Source: Anaerolineae bacterium | GTDB lineage: Bacteria > Chloroflexota > Anaerolineae > Aggregatilineales > UBA3940 | Assembly (NCBI GenBank): GCA_034434995.1 | Contig: DAOTYF010000055.1 | Location: 499 to 64,498, forward strand | Length of the DNA stretch: 64,000 bases | Reading direction: 5' to 3' | In this document: positions 27,738 to 37,537 of the stretch, one piece after another | Position numbering within the stretch: the first letter of the stretch is position 1 | How the letters are laid out: every line of letters begins with the position of its first letter | Made by a program: the position numbers and the translations under genes | Notes under the pieces: generated by a model | Databases searched by the model: none | What the model was told of the DNA's origin: nothing | What the model saw: the letters and a program-made list of their open reading frames with translations, nothing else

Positions 27738-28292
27738 TCAGGTCGATACCTGTTCTGCCACTGGGATGAAGCCACGTTCTTCCAAGTAAGCGATGATTCG
27801 GTTGGCGCTCTGTTCGGGCGTCTCGTGGGCAGTTGGGATCACGATCTCCGGTCGATCCGGTGGCTCGTACGGATCGGAGATGCCGGTGAAATTGGGGATT
27901 TCGCCTGCTTTGGCCTTGGCATACATGCCCTTGACATCGCGCTCCATGCATACTTCGAGAGGGGCATCGACAAAGACCTCGATGAAGTTGGTGGTCTCTC
28001 GTCGAACCATCGCGCGGACAGCCCTGTAGGGGGATATGAATGCAGCGATCACGCCAATGCCATTTCGTGATAGCAGTTTGGCGACGAATGCCACGCGCTC
28101 AATGTTCTTATCTCGATCTTCCTTGCTGAAGCCCAGATCGCGCGTCAGGGACTGGCGCACTACGTCTCCATCCAGCCGCTCCACTTTGATCCCGCGTTCC
28201 TTAAGCCGGGCCTCGACGATCTTGGCAATGGTGGTTTTTCCCGCGCCGGAGAGACCGGTCATCCAGAGTGTAAAACCTTCACACTGAGTCAA
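27738..28292 (-). CDS. cysC: adenylylsulfate kinase
   Basis: The P-loop is WMTGLSGAGKTTIA. LDGDVVR and FISPY motifs are present. Confidence 0.9.
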   Translation of the reverse strand: MTQCEGFTLWMTGLSGAGKTTIAKIVEARLKERGIKVERLDGDVVRQSLTRDLGFSKEDRDKNIERVAFVAKLLSRNGIGVIAAFISPYRAVRAMVRRETTNFIEVFVDAPLEVCMERDVKGMYAKAKAGEIPNFTGISDPYEPPDRPEIVIPTAHETPEQSANRIIAYLEERGFIPVAEQVST

Positions 28293-28553
28293 CCCAAAAC
28301 CTCGCAGTGATTAGGATATTGTGTTGCCGGGCGGGGAGTATAGCGAATCCAGGCCGGACGGTCGAATCAGGGATTGATTGGGTAAGATCACCGGCACATG
28401 AGATTCTTGACCCATCCAATCCGAACAGCGAACAACAGCAAGGAGGAGGCGCGACTTGGCAGGGTTAGAGGATGACACTCGCCACTTGGAAAGCCTACCT
28501 GAGCATGTTATGCTGGCAGTGGTTTTCCCAGGTGACCACAAGGAGGTAGTGAA

Positions 28554-29462
28554 GTGGGCGCACTCATTCTGGACGGCAAGGCCGTTGCCGGGCGTATTCA
28601 GGAGGAGATCGCCGAGGCTGTCAAGGAAATGAAGCGCAGGCACGGTGTTACCCCTGGCCTGGCCGCCGTGTTGGTCGGCGAGAACCCGGCCTCGCAAATG
28701 TACGTCAAGATGAAGCGCAATCGCTGTGCTGAGGTGGGGATCGAATCGTTCGGCTACGAGATTCCTGCTACGGTCAGCCAGACGGAGCTTGAAAACCTGA
28801 TCGCAGAACTGAACGCCGATCCCAAGATTCACGGCATCCTAGTGCAGCTTCCGCTGCCAGAGCATCTGGATGAGCAACTCGTTCTGCAATCGCTAAGCCT
28901 CGACAAAGATGTGGATGGCTTCCACCCCATCAACATTGGCCGCCTGGCGATGAAGGGCCGCGAGCCTCAGTTCGTCCCGGCTACCCCTTACGGCTGTATG
29001 GTCCTGCTGGAGGAGGCCGAGAAACTGGTCCCGGGCTTTAAGATCGCCGGCTCGAATGCCGTGGTGCTGGGCCGCAGCAACATCGTGGGGATGCCCATGT
29101 CCCTGCTATTGGTCAAGGCCAACGCCACGGTGACCATTGTCCATAGCAAGACCAGGGACATCCCTGAGATCGTTGGGAAGGCGGATATCGTGATCGGAGC
29201 GATGGGGCGCCCGGAGATGATCAAGGGGGAGTGGTTCAAAGAGGGTGCGGTGTGCATTGATGTGGCGACAGTCAAGGTGGACGATCCTACCAACCCGAAG
29301 GGCTATGTCTGGAAGGGCGACTTTGAGTTTGATAAGGCTGCTGAGCGCGTAGCAGCCATCACGCCCGTCCCAGGCGGTGTTGGGCCAATGACCATTGCCA
29401 TGCTGCTCAAGAACACCCTACACGCGGCGGAGATCGCCATTGAGAAAGGTGTAGCCGTCTGA
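28554..29462 (+). CDS. folD: bifunctional methylenetetrahydrofolate dehydrogenase/methenyl-THF cyclohydrolase
   Basis: FolD motifs are present (PGLAAVLVGENPASQMYVKMK, GILVQLPLP, VDGFHPIN, GRSNIVGMPM, TPVPGGVGPMT). It uses a GTG start with an AAGGAGG RBS. Confidence 0.92.
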   Translation: MGALILDGKAVAGRIQEEIAEAVKEMKRRHGVTPGLAAVLVGENPASQMYVKMKRNRCAEVGIESFGYEIPATVSQTELENLIAELNADPKIHGILVQLPLPEHLDEQLVLQSLSLDKDVDGFHPINIGRLAMKGREPQFVPATPYGCMVLLEEAEKLVPGFKIAGSNAVVLGRSNIVGMPMSLLLVKANATVTIVHSKTRDIPEIVGKADIVIGAMGRPEMIKGEWFKEGAVCIDVATVKVDDPTNPKGYVWKGDFEFDKAAERVAAITPVPGGVGPMTIAMLLKNTLHAAEIAIEKGVAV

Positions 29463-29490
29463 CGGCCTGCGAACTATTGGCTCAAGACCA

Positions 29491-29526
29491 ACCGCCAGCC
29501 CCCGATCCGGAGCGCTGGCGGTTTTG
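29491..29526 (+). terminator. intrinsic terminator downstream of folD
   Basis: ACCGCCAGC (29491-29499) pairs with GCTGGCGGT (29513-29521) as a 9-bp stem with a 13-nt loop. TTTT follows directly. Confidence 0.6.
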
Positions 29527-29637
29527 TCACCGCGTCAGAGAAGTGCAGCAGACCAGCAGATGAAAAAGCCAGGGCGCGGTTGTGAGGCCCCAGTGGGTGG
29601 ATTACACTGAGGCCACACACCAACCAAGGAGTCGCAT

Positions 29638-30993
29638 ATGCCAACCACACTGATACGCCGCGCGGAGGTTCTGGTGACGATGGACGGGCAGCGGCGCGAG
29701 ATCCACGACGGTGGTTTGTTCATCCGGGACAATGTGATCGAGCAGGTAGGACTAACAAACGAACTCCCGGCTCAAGCTGATCGGGTAATCGACCTGAGCG
29801 GACACGTGGTGCTGCCGGGACTGATCAACACTCACCATCACATGTACCAGACCCTCACACGCGCCGTTCCGGCTGCCCAGGATGCCAATCTCTTCAACTG
29901 GCTCAAGACCTTGTATCTGATGTGGGCCAACTTGACCGGGGAAGCCGTGTATATCTCGGCACTGGTGGCAATGGGCGAACTGATACTTTCTGGCTGCACC
30001 ACATCCAGCGATCATCTCTACCTGTACCCGAATGAGGCGAAGATCGACGACGAAATCCGCGCCGCGCAGGAGATCGGGCTGCGCTTCCATGCGGCGCGCG
30101 GATCGATGAGCCTAGGCGAGAGCAAGGGAGGACTACCACCGGATCGGGTGGTGGAGAACGAGGCAGCTATCTTGGAGGACTGCCAGCGGGTGATTGAGAC
30201 GTACCACGACCCCAAGCCCTACTCGATGCTGCAGATCGTGCTGGCCCCGTGCTCACCATTCTCCGTGACGGGCGATCTGATGCGCGAGTCGGTAGCAATG
30301 GCACGGCACTATGGCGTTACTCTGCACACCCATCTGGCAGAAACGCTGGATGAAGAGGCGTTCTGTCTGGAGAAGTTCGGCAGGCGGCCCGTGGAATACA
30401 TGGAAGACCTGGGCTGGATCGGCGACCATGTATGGCACGCACACTGCGTCCATATGAGTGAGCGCGAGATTGCGCTATTTGGACAGACCCGGACAGGGGT
30501 CGCGCACTGTCCCAGCAGCAATATGCGGCTGGGCAGCGGGATCGCGCCTGTGAAAGGGTTCCGGGCACGAGGAGTACCACTTGGGCTGGGCGTGGATGGA
30601 TCGGCCAGCAATGATAGTAGCCATATGCTCGCTGAGGTACGGCAGGCCATGTTGTTGCAGCGGGTGACCGGCGATCCGGCGGGGCTGACCGCACGCCAGG
30701 CGTTGGAGATCGCCACTCTCGGCGGGGCCAGCGTGCTGAGGCGCGATGATATTGGCTCACTCGAATCTGGCAAAGCTGCGGATGTGATCGCCATCAAACT
30801 CAGCCGCGTGGAATATGCCGGTGCGCTGCACGATCCGGTTGCAGCAACTGTGTTCTGTGCCCCGGTGCATGTGGATTGGTCGATGATCAATGGGCAGGTG
30901 GTGGTACAGGATGGGCGGCTGACCACTGTTGACATGGGTCCTGTCGTCGAGCGACACAACGCCATCGCCAGGGGAATGATAAGGGAAAGATAA
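29638..30993 (+). CDS. amidohydrolase-superfamily deaminase, 8-oxoguanine deaminase-like
   Basis: The metal-binding motif is PGLINTHHHMYQ. The downstream HLAE, HCVH and GVDGSASND motifs are typical of the guanine/8-oxoguanine/atrazine-type deaminase group. Confidence 0.7.
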   Translation: MPTTLIRRAEVLVTMDGQRREIHDGGLFIRDNVIEQVGLTNELPAQADRVIDLSGHVVLPGLINTHHHMYQTLTRAVPAAQDANLFNWLKTLYLMWANLTGEAVYISALVAMGELILSGCTTSSDHLYLYPNEAKIDDEIRAAQEIGLRFHAARGSMSLGESKGGLPPDRVVENEAAILEDCQRVIETYHDPKPYSMLQIVLAPCSPFSVTGDLMRESVAMARHYGVTLHTHLAETLDEEAFCLEKFGRRPVEYMEDLGWIGDHVWHAHCVHMSEREIALFGQTRTGVAHCPSSNMRLGSGIAPVKGFRARGVPLGLGVDGSASNDSSHMLAEVRQAMLLQRVTGDPAGLTARQALEIATLGGASVLRRDDIGSLESGKAADVIAIKLSRVEYAGALHDPVAATVFCAPVHVDWSMINGQVVVQDGRLTTVDMGPVVERHNAIARGMIRER

Positions 30994-31083
30994 GCCGCAT
31001 TTCTGCTGGGAGTTGCATACTGAACAAGGTTTCCCTAGACTTTGATCGTGTGGACGATGCGGTGAGTTGACCCCGGCGGCATC

Positions 31084-32127
31084 ATGCACCTTCGCTTCAC
31101 CAACACCGCCATTCTCATTCTCGTTATTGTGTTGAGCCTGACCGGTGGGTACGGCATCATCTGGACACTGAATGGCTGGGTGATGGAATTGCACCGGATC
31201 GCGGGGTGGTCTCTGATCGCGCTGATCCCATGGAAAGCTGCGATCTCCTGGCGTTCCCTAAAGCGAGGGTTAGGGCGCCGCCCTGATCGCAACATAGTCG
31301 TGGGCATCTCTATCGTCCTCGCTATCGCAACACTGGCAGCGCTGGCATTCAGCGTGATGTGGGCTTGGCGCATCGGGCCGGACGTTCTATGGTTGTACCA
31401 GACCACCGTCTCCTGGCACTGGATCGCCTCTCTGATCCTCCTAGCTCCCCTCCTCATTCACGTATGGCGTCGTTGGCCCCGCCCACAGGCCCAGGACTTT
31501 ACCTCCCGGCGTGCGATCATCAGGATGACCGGCCTCGGGATAGCCGGGCTGGCGGGATGGTGGATCGCTGGAAGGGTAGCAGCCATCCGCGTTGCGCCGG
31601 AGCACCCGCGACGGGTGACGGGTTCACGAGAGCACGGGAGCGGTGGTGGGAACAGCTTTCCAATCACGGGCGAACTAGCACCCGAAGTGAGCCTGGAAAC
31701 GTGGCGACTGACGCTTGAGGGAAGGGGCCAATCACCCCTACGTCTGACCTACAGCGATCTCCTCACCATGCCATGTTCCGAGTGGGTAGCCACACTGGAT
31801 TGCACAATGGGTTGGTATAGTGTGCAATCGTGGCAGGGGATCAGGTTATACGATCTGCTGAATGTGGCTCATCTGGCACCGGGTGCGCGGGCTGTCCGAT
31901 TGAAATCCGTCACGGGCTACAGCCAGGTCTTCTCACTGATCGAGGCGCGGCATATCCTACTAGCAACACACGTTGGTGAAGAGCAGCTTGATCGGTGGCA
32001 CGGCTATCCCCTAAGGGCCGTGGTGCCCTACCGGCGGGGGTGGTTCTGGGTCAAGTGGCTGGCTGAGGTCACCGTGCTGGTTGATCCGGGCGATCCACTT
32101 TCCTCAGCAACGGGGATGATACCGTGA
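31084..32127 (+). CDS. membrane-anchored molybdopterin-dependent oxidoreductase domain protein
   Basis: About 5 N-terminal TM helices are followed by a sulfite-oxidase/YedY-like Moco domain (WRLTLEG...LRLTYSDLL...ATLDCTMGWYS...GYPLRAVVP...WFWVKWL). Confidence 0.65.
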   Translation: MHLRFTNTAILILVIVLSLTGGYGIIWTLNGWVMELHRIAGWSLIALIPWKAAISWRSLKRGLGRRPDRNIVVGISIVLAIATLAALAFSVMWAWRIGPDVLWLYQTTVSWHWIASLILLAPLLIHVWRRWPRPQAQDFTSRRAIIRMTGLGIAGLAGWWIAGRVAAIRVAPEHPRRVTGSREHGSGGGNSFPITGELAPEVSLETWRLTLEGRGQSPLRLTYSDLLTMPCSEWVATLDCTMGWYSVQSWQGIRLYDLLNVAHLAPGARAVRLKSVTGYSQVFSLIEARHILLATHVGEEQLDRWHGYPLRAVVPYRRGWFWVKWLAEVTVLVDPGDPLSSATGMIP

Positions 32128-34487
32128 CTCTGGTCTATCTCGTTTGTGCATGGTTGGCCGGAATCGGGTTCGCGCGTGGCGTGCCAGCGAATTGGTGGAT
32201 GTGGCTAGTTCTGGCCTGCTTGGGGTTAGCAGCAGTGATTCTGGCCCGAGCCTATCCTGCCTGGCGAACTATTTTCGGCTGCGCTGCGCTGTTTGCCCTC
32301 GGCGCGGCCCGTGTGGCGGTTGCTACCCCCCACTTTGGCGAGACCGACCTTGCCACATACAACGGGGTTGGGTTCGCCAACGTGAGGGGGATGATCGCTG
32401 ATGCGCCTGACGTGCGGGACACAACAGTCAACCTGCGTGTGCAGGCCGAATCCATCACCCTCCCAAACGGCGAAACTCGCCCGATCCGAGGCCTGGTTCT
32501 GGTTCAGACTCCACGCACACGAGCCTTCCGCTACGGCGATCCCATCCAGGCGCGCGGGGAGCTGATCGCTCCTCCTGAACTCGATGAATTCTCATATCGA
32601 GATTATCTGGCGCGTAAGGGTGTCTACAGCCTGATGCGCTATTCAGAGGTAACGGTTATTGGCCCCCGGCAAGGGAACCCCCTGAGAGCCGTGCTGTTGG
32701 ACTTCCGCGAGCATGCCCATCAGACGATCCTGAGGCTGCTACCCGATCCGCAGGCTTCCCTGTTGGCCGGCATTCTGCTGGGGATCGAGACGGGCATCGC
32801 ACCAGAGATACGTGAAGCCTTCAACGCCACGAGCACCACCCACGTCATCGCCATCTCTGGGACTAACCTCGCCATTCTGGCTGGTCTGGTCGGCAGCATC
32901 ACGCGGCGATTCCTCCCGGCGCGGGGCGCAGCAGCGGCGACCATCGTTGCCGTGCTGGTGTATGCGGTGTTCGTAGGGGGAGATGCGGCGGTCCTCCGGG
33001 CGGCCATCATGACGACGTTGGGGTTAGTTGCAGCGCAACTTGGCCGCCAGACATACGGCCTGGCATCGCTCTCCTTTGCTGCCCTGGTGATGACGGCGAT
33101 CAACCCACTTGCATTGTGGGACGTTGGCTTCCAGCTCAGCTTCCTGGCCACGCTGGGGCTGATCCTGTACGTTGAGCCAATGCAGCACGGCCTGGCCAAG
33201 GTCCTCGAACGGTTTGTGACAGCCGAAGCTGCGCAGAAGGCTATTGGCATGATCTCGGACTCGCTACTGGTGACGATTGCAGCCCAGATCGCAACCACTC
33301 CGATCATCGCTTACCATTTCAAGCGGTTCTCGCCGGTCTCGCTCCCAGCCAACCTGCTGATTGGGCCTGTGCAGGCCCCCTTGATGGTATTGGGCGGGCT
33401 GGGAGTTCTGCTGGCGATGGTGTGGTGGCCGCTTGGGCAGGTGTTGGCTTGGGGAAGCTGGCTTTTCTTAACCTACACACTGGCGATTGTCCGGGCGGGG
33501 GCAAAGTTGCCCTGGGCTTCGCTTGATGTTCACCTCGCAGGAGCGAGTGTGTTTGCTCTCTACACGGTTCTGTTTGGCGCGAGTTGGCTCACCATCCAGC
33601 CAGAAGTCGATCGTGCCCATTGGCGCGAGTCGCTGCGGAAGGCATTTAGTACAAAGGTGGCGGCACTGGCAGGGTTGCTGGTTGCTGCTCTGCTGATCGC
33701 CGCCGCGTGGTCGGTCCCGGATCGGCGGCTGCACATCACCTTCATTGATGCAGGAGACGAGGCAGCAACGCTGATCGAAACGCCAAGTGGGCGGCAGATT
33801 CTGGTCGATACGGGAAGCAGCGGGCGCAGACTCTCGGCGGCGTTGGGGTACGCTCTCCCTTTCTGGGATCGCCAGATCGATCTGGTTGTGCTCACACAAC
33901 CAACCCAGTCACACATAGGGGGGGCGCTATCCATCCTGGACCGCTACCAGATTGATGCGGTGATGACCAACGGGCTGCATGGTGAGAGCGAGATCGCAGA
34001 TGCGCTGTGGGGAACGCTCGCGGCCAAGCAGGTCCCTGAAGTAATCGCACAGCTCGGTACGCGGATCGCTGTTGGGGATGGCGTTCTGCTCACCGTGTTA
34101 CATACCCAGGGTGGAGCGCCGCCGGGCAGCTTCTCCGATCCAGGCCAGCCTGTCGTATTGATGTTGACCTACGGAAACGCACGAGTTCTGCTGGCCGATG
34201 ATCTGAGCGCGGATGGAGCGGCTATCCTGCTGCGAAGCGGGCAACCCCTGCACGCCACCGTGTTGCACGTGCCGCGTGGCAGTTTGGCAGGCTCCGCCGG
34301 CGAGGCATTTCTGGCAGCTATCACTCCGCAGGTCAGCATCATCACCGGCAGCCGGGGCGGGCTGCCGGATACCGAGATTCTCGCTCAGATCGAAGCGACA
34401 GGCAGTGCCGTCTACCCCATCACCGAGCAGGGATCAGTGGAGGTGATAACAGACGGGCAGCGGTTGTGGGTCGAGACAGGTCGCTGA
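32124..34487 (+). CDS. comEC: DNA internalization-related competence protein ComEC/Rec2
   Basis: It has an N-terminal DUF4131-like region, a polytopic competence domain (HVIAISGTNLAIL) and a C-terminal MBL-like domain (ITFIDAGDEAATLIETPSGRQILVDTG). The GTG start overlaps the upstream stop (GTGA). Confidence 0.85.
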   Translation: MTLVYLVCAWLAGIGFARGVPANWWMWLVLACLGLAAVILARAYPAWRTIFGCAALFALGAARVAVATPHFGETDLATYNGVGFANVRGMIADAPDVRDTTVNLRVQAESITLPNGETRPIRGLVLVQTPRTRAFRYGDPIQARGELIAPPELDEFSYRDYLARKGVYSLMRYSEVTVIGPRQGNPLRAVLLDFREHAHQTILRLLPDPQASLLAGILLGIETGIAPEIREAFNATSTTHVIAISGTNLAILAGLVGSITRRFLPARGAAAATIVAVLVYAVFVGGDAAVLRAAIMTTLGLVAAQLGRQTYGLASLSFAALVMTAINPLALWDVGFQLSFLATLGLILYVEPMQHGLAKVLERFVTAEAAQKAIGMISDSLLVTIAAQIATTPIIAYHFKRFSPVSLPANLLIGPVQAPLMVLGGLGVLLAMVWWPLGQVLAWGSWLFLTYTLAIVRAGAKLPWASLDVHLAGASVFALYTVLFGASWLTIQPEVDRAHWRESLRKAFSTKVAALAGLLVAALLIAAAWSVPDRRLHITFIDAGDEAATLIETPSGRQILVDTGSSGRRLSAALGYALPFWDRQIDLVVLTQPTQSHIGGALSILDRYQIDAVMTNGLHGESEIADALWGTLAAKQVPEVIAQLGTRIAVGDGVLLTVLHTQGGAPPGSFSDPGQPVVLMLTYGNARVLLADDLSADGAAILLRSGQPLHATVLHVPRGSLAGSAGEAFLAAITPQVSIITGSRGGLPDTEILAQIEATGSAVYPITEQGSVEVITDGQRLWVETGR

Positions 34488-34555
34488 AGCACTGTGCTGC
34501 AGCAGCCAGCGGGATGGCATGTCGCAGAGCGAGATGTGGGCTTATGGGATAAGCC

Positions 34556-35542
34556 CTACTTCAATTGCTCCAACGCAACAAGCGCACGCCGCCGATGTAC
34601 GTCGCGCAGATCGACCAGAGTTTGCGCCATTGCAAAGGCCGGGGAGTGCCCCCCAGTCTGCTGTTTGACCACCCATTCGGAGATCGTCCACTGCTGGAGA
34701 GCTGCCACTATCACATACAACGGCGGCCCGCCGAACGCCCGCCCGCTGGCGCAGAGGTATGTGTCAAGAAAGCGATCGGCGGCGCTGGCCGCGTCGAAGT
34801 CCACGAGCTGGCTATAGGCGTTGGCGATGTCCCAGCGTGGGTCGCCCAGCGCACAGTATTCCCAATCCACGATCCCGCTGATCCGCCCGTCGAACAGCAG
34901 GGTGTTGGAGAAATGGTAGTCACCATGCAACAGGACAGCCTCTGTCTCTGAGAGGTCGTAGGCGTGCTGCATGGCCTGCTCGATGGCCCCCACCAGTTCC
35001 GGCAGGCCAATCTGTGCTGCCAGAGCCATCAGGCTGGCAAGCGCGGTGGGCAGGGTCACCCTGGGCACGACCTCGCGCACGGCCTTCGGCGGATTGAGGC
35101 TGTGCAGCCAGGCCAGTAGCTCCGCAAACTGATCCACATGCGGATGGACTACCTCCGGGAAGGGCAGCTTACTCGCCGACCAATCCTGGCCGGGGAGCCG
35201 CGAGAACAGCACCACGTCCCCCAGCGCCCCGAACTCCCGCGCGTAAACAGCGGGCACAGGGAAACCCTGCTCGTGTAACCAGCGGGTGACTGTCGCTTCC
35301 CGTTGCGCTTTACCGAGGTCGTCGGGCCGCCACCAACTCAGTGTGCTGATGTAGCGCCGCGCGACCAGCGATTCGTCATGTTCGCTGTCGAGGGCATGCC
35401 AGCGCAACCGGAAGGCCACCATCTCATGCTGGCGACCTGGCAGGGGCTTGACTGCGCCGATGTGCTGGTGGGGCCGGTCGGGGAAGGTGCGGGCGCACAG
35501 CGTTGCGAGATCGCGCTTGGTCAACTTGGGTGGAGAAGCCAT
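34556..35542 (-). CDS. aminoglycoside-phosphotransferase (APH)-family kinase
   Basis: The Brenner motif is LLHGDYHFSNTLL, followed by GIVDWEY. Confidence 0.8.
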   Translation of the reverse strand: MASPPKLTKRDLATLCARTFPDRPHQHIGAVKPLPGRQHEMVAFRLRWHALDSEHDESLVARRYISTLSWWRPDDLGKAQREATVTRWLHEQGFPVPAVYAREFGALGDVVLFSRLPGQDWSASKLPFPEVVHPHVDQFAELLAWLHSLNPPKAVREVVPRVTLPTALASLMALAAQIGLPELVGAIEQAMQHAYDLSETEAVLLHGDYHFSNTLLFDGRISGIVDWEYCALGDPRWDIANAYSQLVDFDAASAADRFLDTYLCASGRAFGGPPLYVIVAALQQWTISEWVVKQQTGGHSPAFAMAQTLVDLRDVHRRRALVALEQLK

Positions 35543-35636
35543 GCCTCCAAGGATAACACACGCTGCGTATTGCGTGGAAGCGGCGAAAGTTGCTTGAGCT
35601 TAAGCGTTTCACGGAAAGTCTTTCGGCCAAACACAC

Positions 35637-37394
35637 TTAGCTAGCATCTACACCAGCGGAATGCCTCGATGCAGACATCAACGCCGGGCGTGACCCAGCT
35701 CCTTCTTTCGGCGGTATCTGGCTCATAGCGTACTCTGCCAGCGCCGCGATGGTCAGGCTGGGGTTGATCCCCGGATTGGCGGGCATCACCGAGCCATCCA
35801 CCACATACAGGCCGGGGTAATGGTGCACCTCGAAGTTCAGGCCGATCACCCCCTCAGCCGCATCCCGCCCAAACGGCACGCCACCCATGAAGTGCGCCGT
35901 CGAAGGGATGTTGAGCAGGCTCTCATTGATCATCCCCTGTGGGTAGCCGCGAACCTTCTGGGCGAATCGCTGCGTCACTCGGTAGCCGGTATCAACAATA
36001 GCTGTTACCGGACGGACCTCATCCCGCACGCTCACTAGATCGCGGCGGAATAGAGTGAACAGGTGGCGGCCCAGCCGCACTTTCATTAGGTTGTCCTCAG
36101 TCTGCATGATCAGCAGGATCGTGCTACGCGGCGCCCAACGGGAAAAGAACTTGGCATCCAGGAAGGCCAGTGGTTGGCGGATCATGCGCCACAGCGTTTT
36201 GGCAATACGGAGAGGGATAGCAAGCTGTGTGTCACTCACATCGCTCAGGGGGGCGGCAAGCAGTTTGGCCAGCAAGGAGGAACCATCGGGAAAGCGCACT
36301 GGCTCGATCTGGGTTACTGTGTCGGCCTGGAACACGGACGTGATGGCAAGGCCCTTCGAATAATCCGCCTGGCCGCGTGGCCCGGTGACCCCGGTCAGCG
36401 CCTCGCTATTGGTGCGGACGTTCTCCCCTAGGCGAGGGGAGAGATGAGGCAACGACCGGGTTTGGTCGCGGCAGCGTAGCAGCAGCCGGTTCGTGCCAAC
36501 TGCTCCCGCCGCGACGATCACATTCCGCGCCCGGATGCGCCGAATGGATCGGGGCAGCCAATCCGTCGTGCGCTGGCACACGATCTCGTAGCGCGCCCCG
36601 TCGGGCTGGCCCTCCCCCAACGGGCGGATGTCAGTCACACGCGCTTCGGGAACGATCCACGCGCCACCCTTCTCAGCAAAGTACAGGTAATTCTTGACCA
36701 GCGTGTTCTTGGCATTGTAACGACAGCCGACCATGCACCCACCACAGTGCTGGCAGCCCCGCCGATCCGGTCCTTCTCCCCCGAAGTAGGGATCAGGAAC
36801 CAGCTCACCCTCATGCCCTTCGTTGAAAAATACCGCCACGTGGGTGGGCCTGAACGTCGAACCTGTACCTAGTTCCTCGGCGATATCACACAATACATGG
36901 TCGGCAGGCCACAGGCGTGGGTTGGGAGTTACCCCCAGCATCCGCCGGGCCGTTTCGTAATGGGGGCGCAGCAGCGTTCTCCAGTCCGCCAGGTGACTCC
37001 AGGCGGGAGCCTCGAACAACCTGTCGTCCGGCTCCATCAGCACATTGGCATAAACTAAACTCCCCCCGCCGACCCCGCTGCCGTGCATCACCAGAATGCC
37101 GTTCAGCAAGGTATACTGCCAGATTCCGAAGCAGCGTAGCGCTGGAATCCATAGCAGCTTCCGCACATCCCAGTCAGTCCGGGCGAAATCCTCATCCCGG
37201 AATCGTTTCCCTCGTTCCAGTACCAGCACGCGGTAGCCCTTCTCGGTCAACCGCATCGCCGAGACGCTCCCGCCAAACCCGGAGCCAATCACCACGAAGT
37301 CCGGTGTGCCGATAGGCTCATGGCGCCAGAAGTCTGCGTCTGCCAAGGTCGACGATCCTTTCCGGGGGCAGTTCAAGCCAGCGCCGGCGGGCAC
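35637..37394 (-). CDS. GMC-family FAD-dependent oxidoreductase (cholesterol-oxidase-like)
   Basis: The FAD-binding fold is DFVVIGSGFGGSVSAMRLTEKGYRVLVLERG. The C-terminal GMC region is GLYVVDGSVMPANPGINPSLTIAALAE. Confidence 0.85.
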   Translation of the reverse strand: MPAGAGLNCPRKGSSTLADADFWRHEPIGTPDFVVIGSGFGGSVSAMRLTEKGYRVLVLERGKRFRDEDFARTDWDVRKLLWIPALRCFGIWQYTLLNGILVMHGSGVGGGSLVYANVLMEPDDRLFEAPAWSHLADWRTLLRPHYETARRMLGVTPNPRLWPADHVLCDIAEELGTGSTFRPTHVAVFFNEGHEGELVPDPYFGGEGPDRRGCQHCGGCMVGCRYNAKNTLVKNYLYFAEKGGAWIVPEARVTDIRPLGEGQPDGARYEIVCQRTTDWLPRSIRRIRARNVIVAAGAVGTNRLLLRCRDQTRSLPHLSPRLGENVRTNSEALTGVTGPRGQADYSKGLAITSVFQADTVTQIEPVRFPDGSSLLAKLLAAPLSDVSDTQLAIPLRIAKTLWRMIRQPLAFLDAKFFSRWAPRSTILLIMQTEDNLMKVRLGRHLFTLFRRDLVSVRDEVRPVTAIVDTGYRVTQRFAQKVRGYPQGMINESLLNIPSTAHFMGGVPFGRDAAEGVIGLNFEVHHYPGLYVVDGSVMPANPGINPSLTIAALAEYAMSQIPPKEGAGSRPALMSASRHSAGVDAS

Positions 37395-37537
37395 GCTCCC
37401 GTAGACCCCGCCTGTGCGGGAGTCTACAATGGTTTCCTCGTGCCGCCAACCAGGTCAAGCCATACCATCTACATCACCAGGGGAACAGATTGGCGGCGCT
37501 ATAAGGCTATCTGTACGGACCTTGGCGCTGACACCAC

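Noticed and set aside
28293-28553. Possible ZTP (pfl) or THF riboswitch upstream of folD, in the 261-bp cysC/folD divergent intergenic region.
   Set aside because: I could not find the conserved ZTP elements (the GGGUCGUGACUGGCG-type 5' domain and the CCGCCUGGGC 3' pseudoknot strand) or a convincing THF aptamer core. Only vague matches appear, such as GGGGAGTATAGCGAATCC. A covariance-model scan would be needed to be sure.
28311-28832. A 173-aa minus-strand ORF overlapping the folD start and upstream region.
   Set aside because: It overlaps the strongly supported folD gene in antisense. It has no motifs or RBS, and its composition is typical of spurious GC-rich ORFs.
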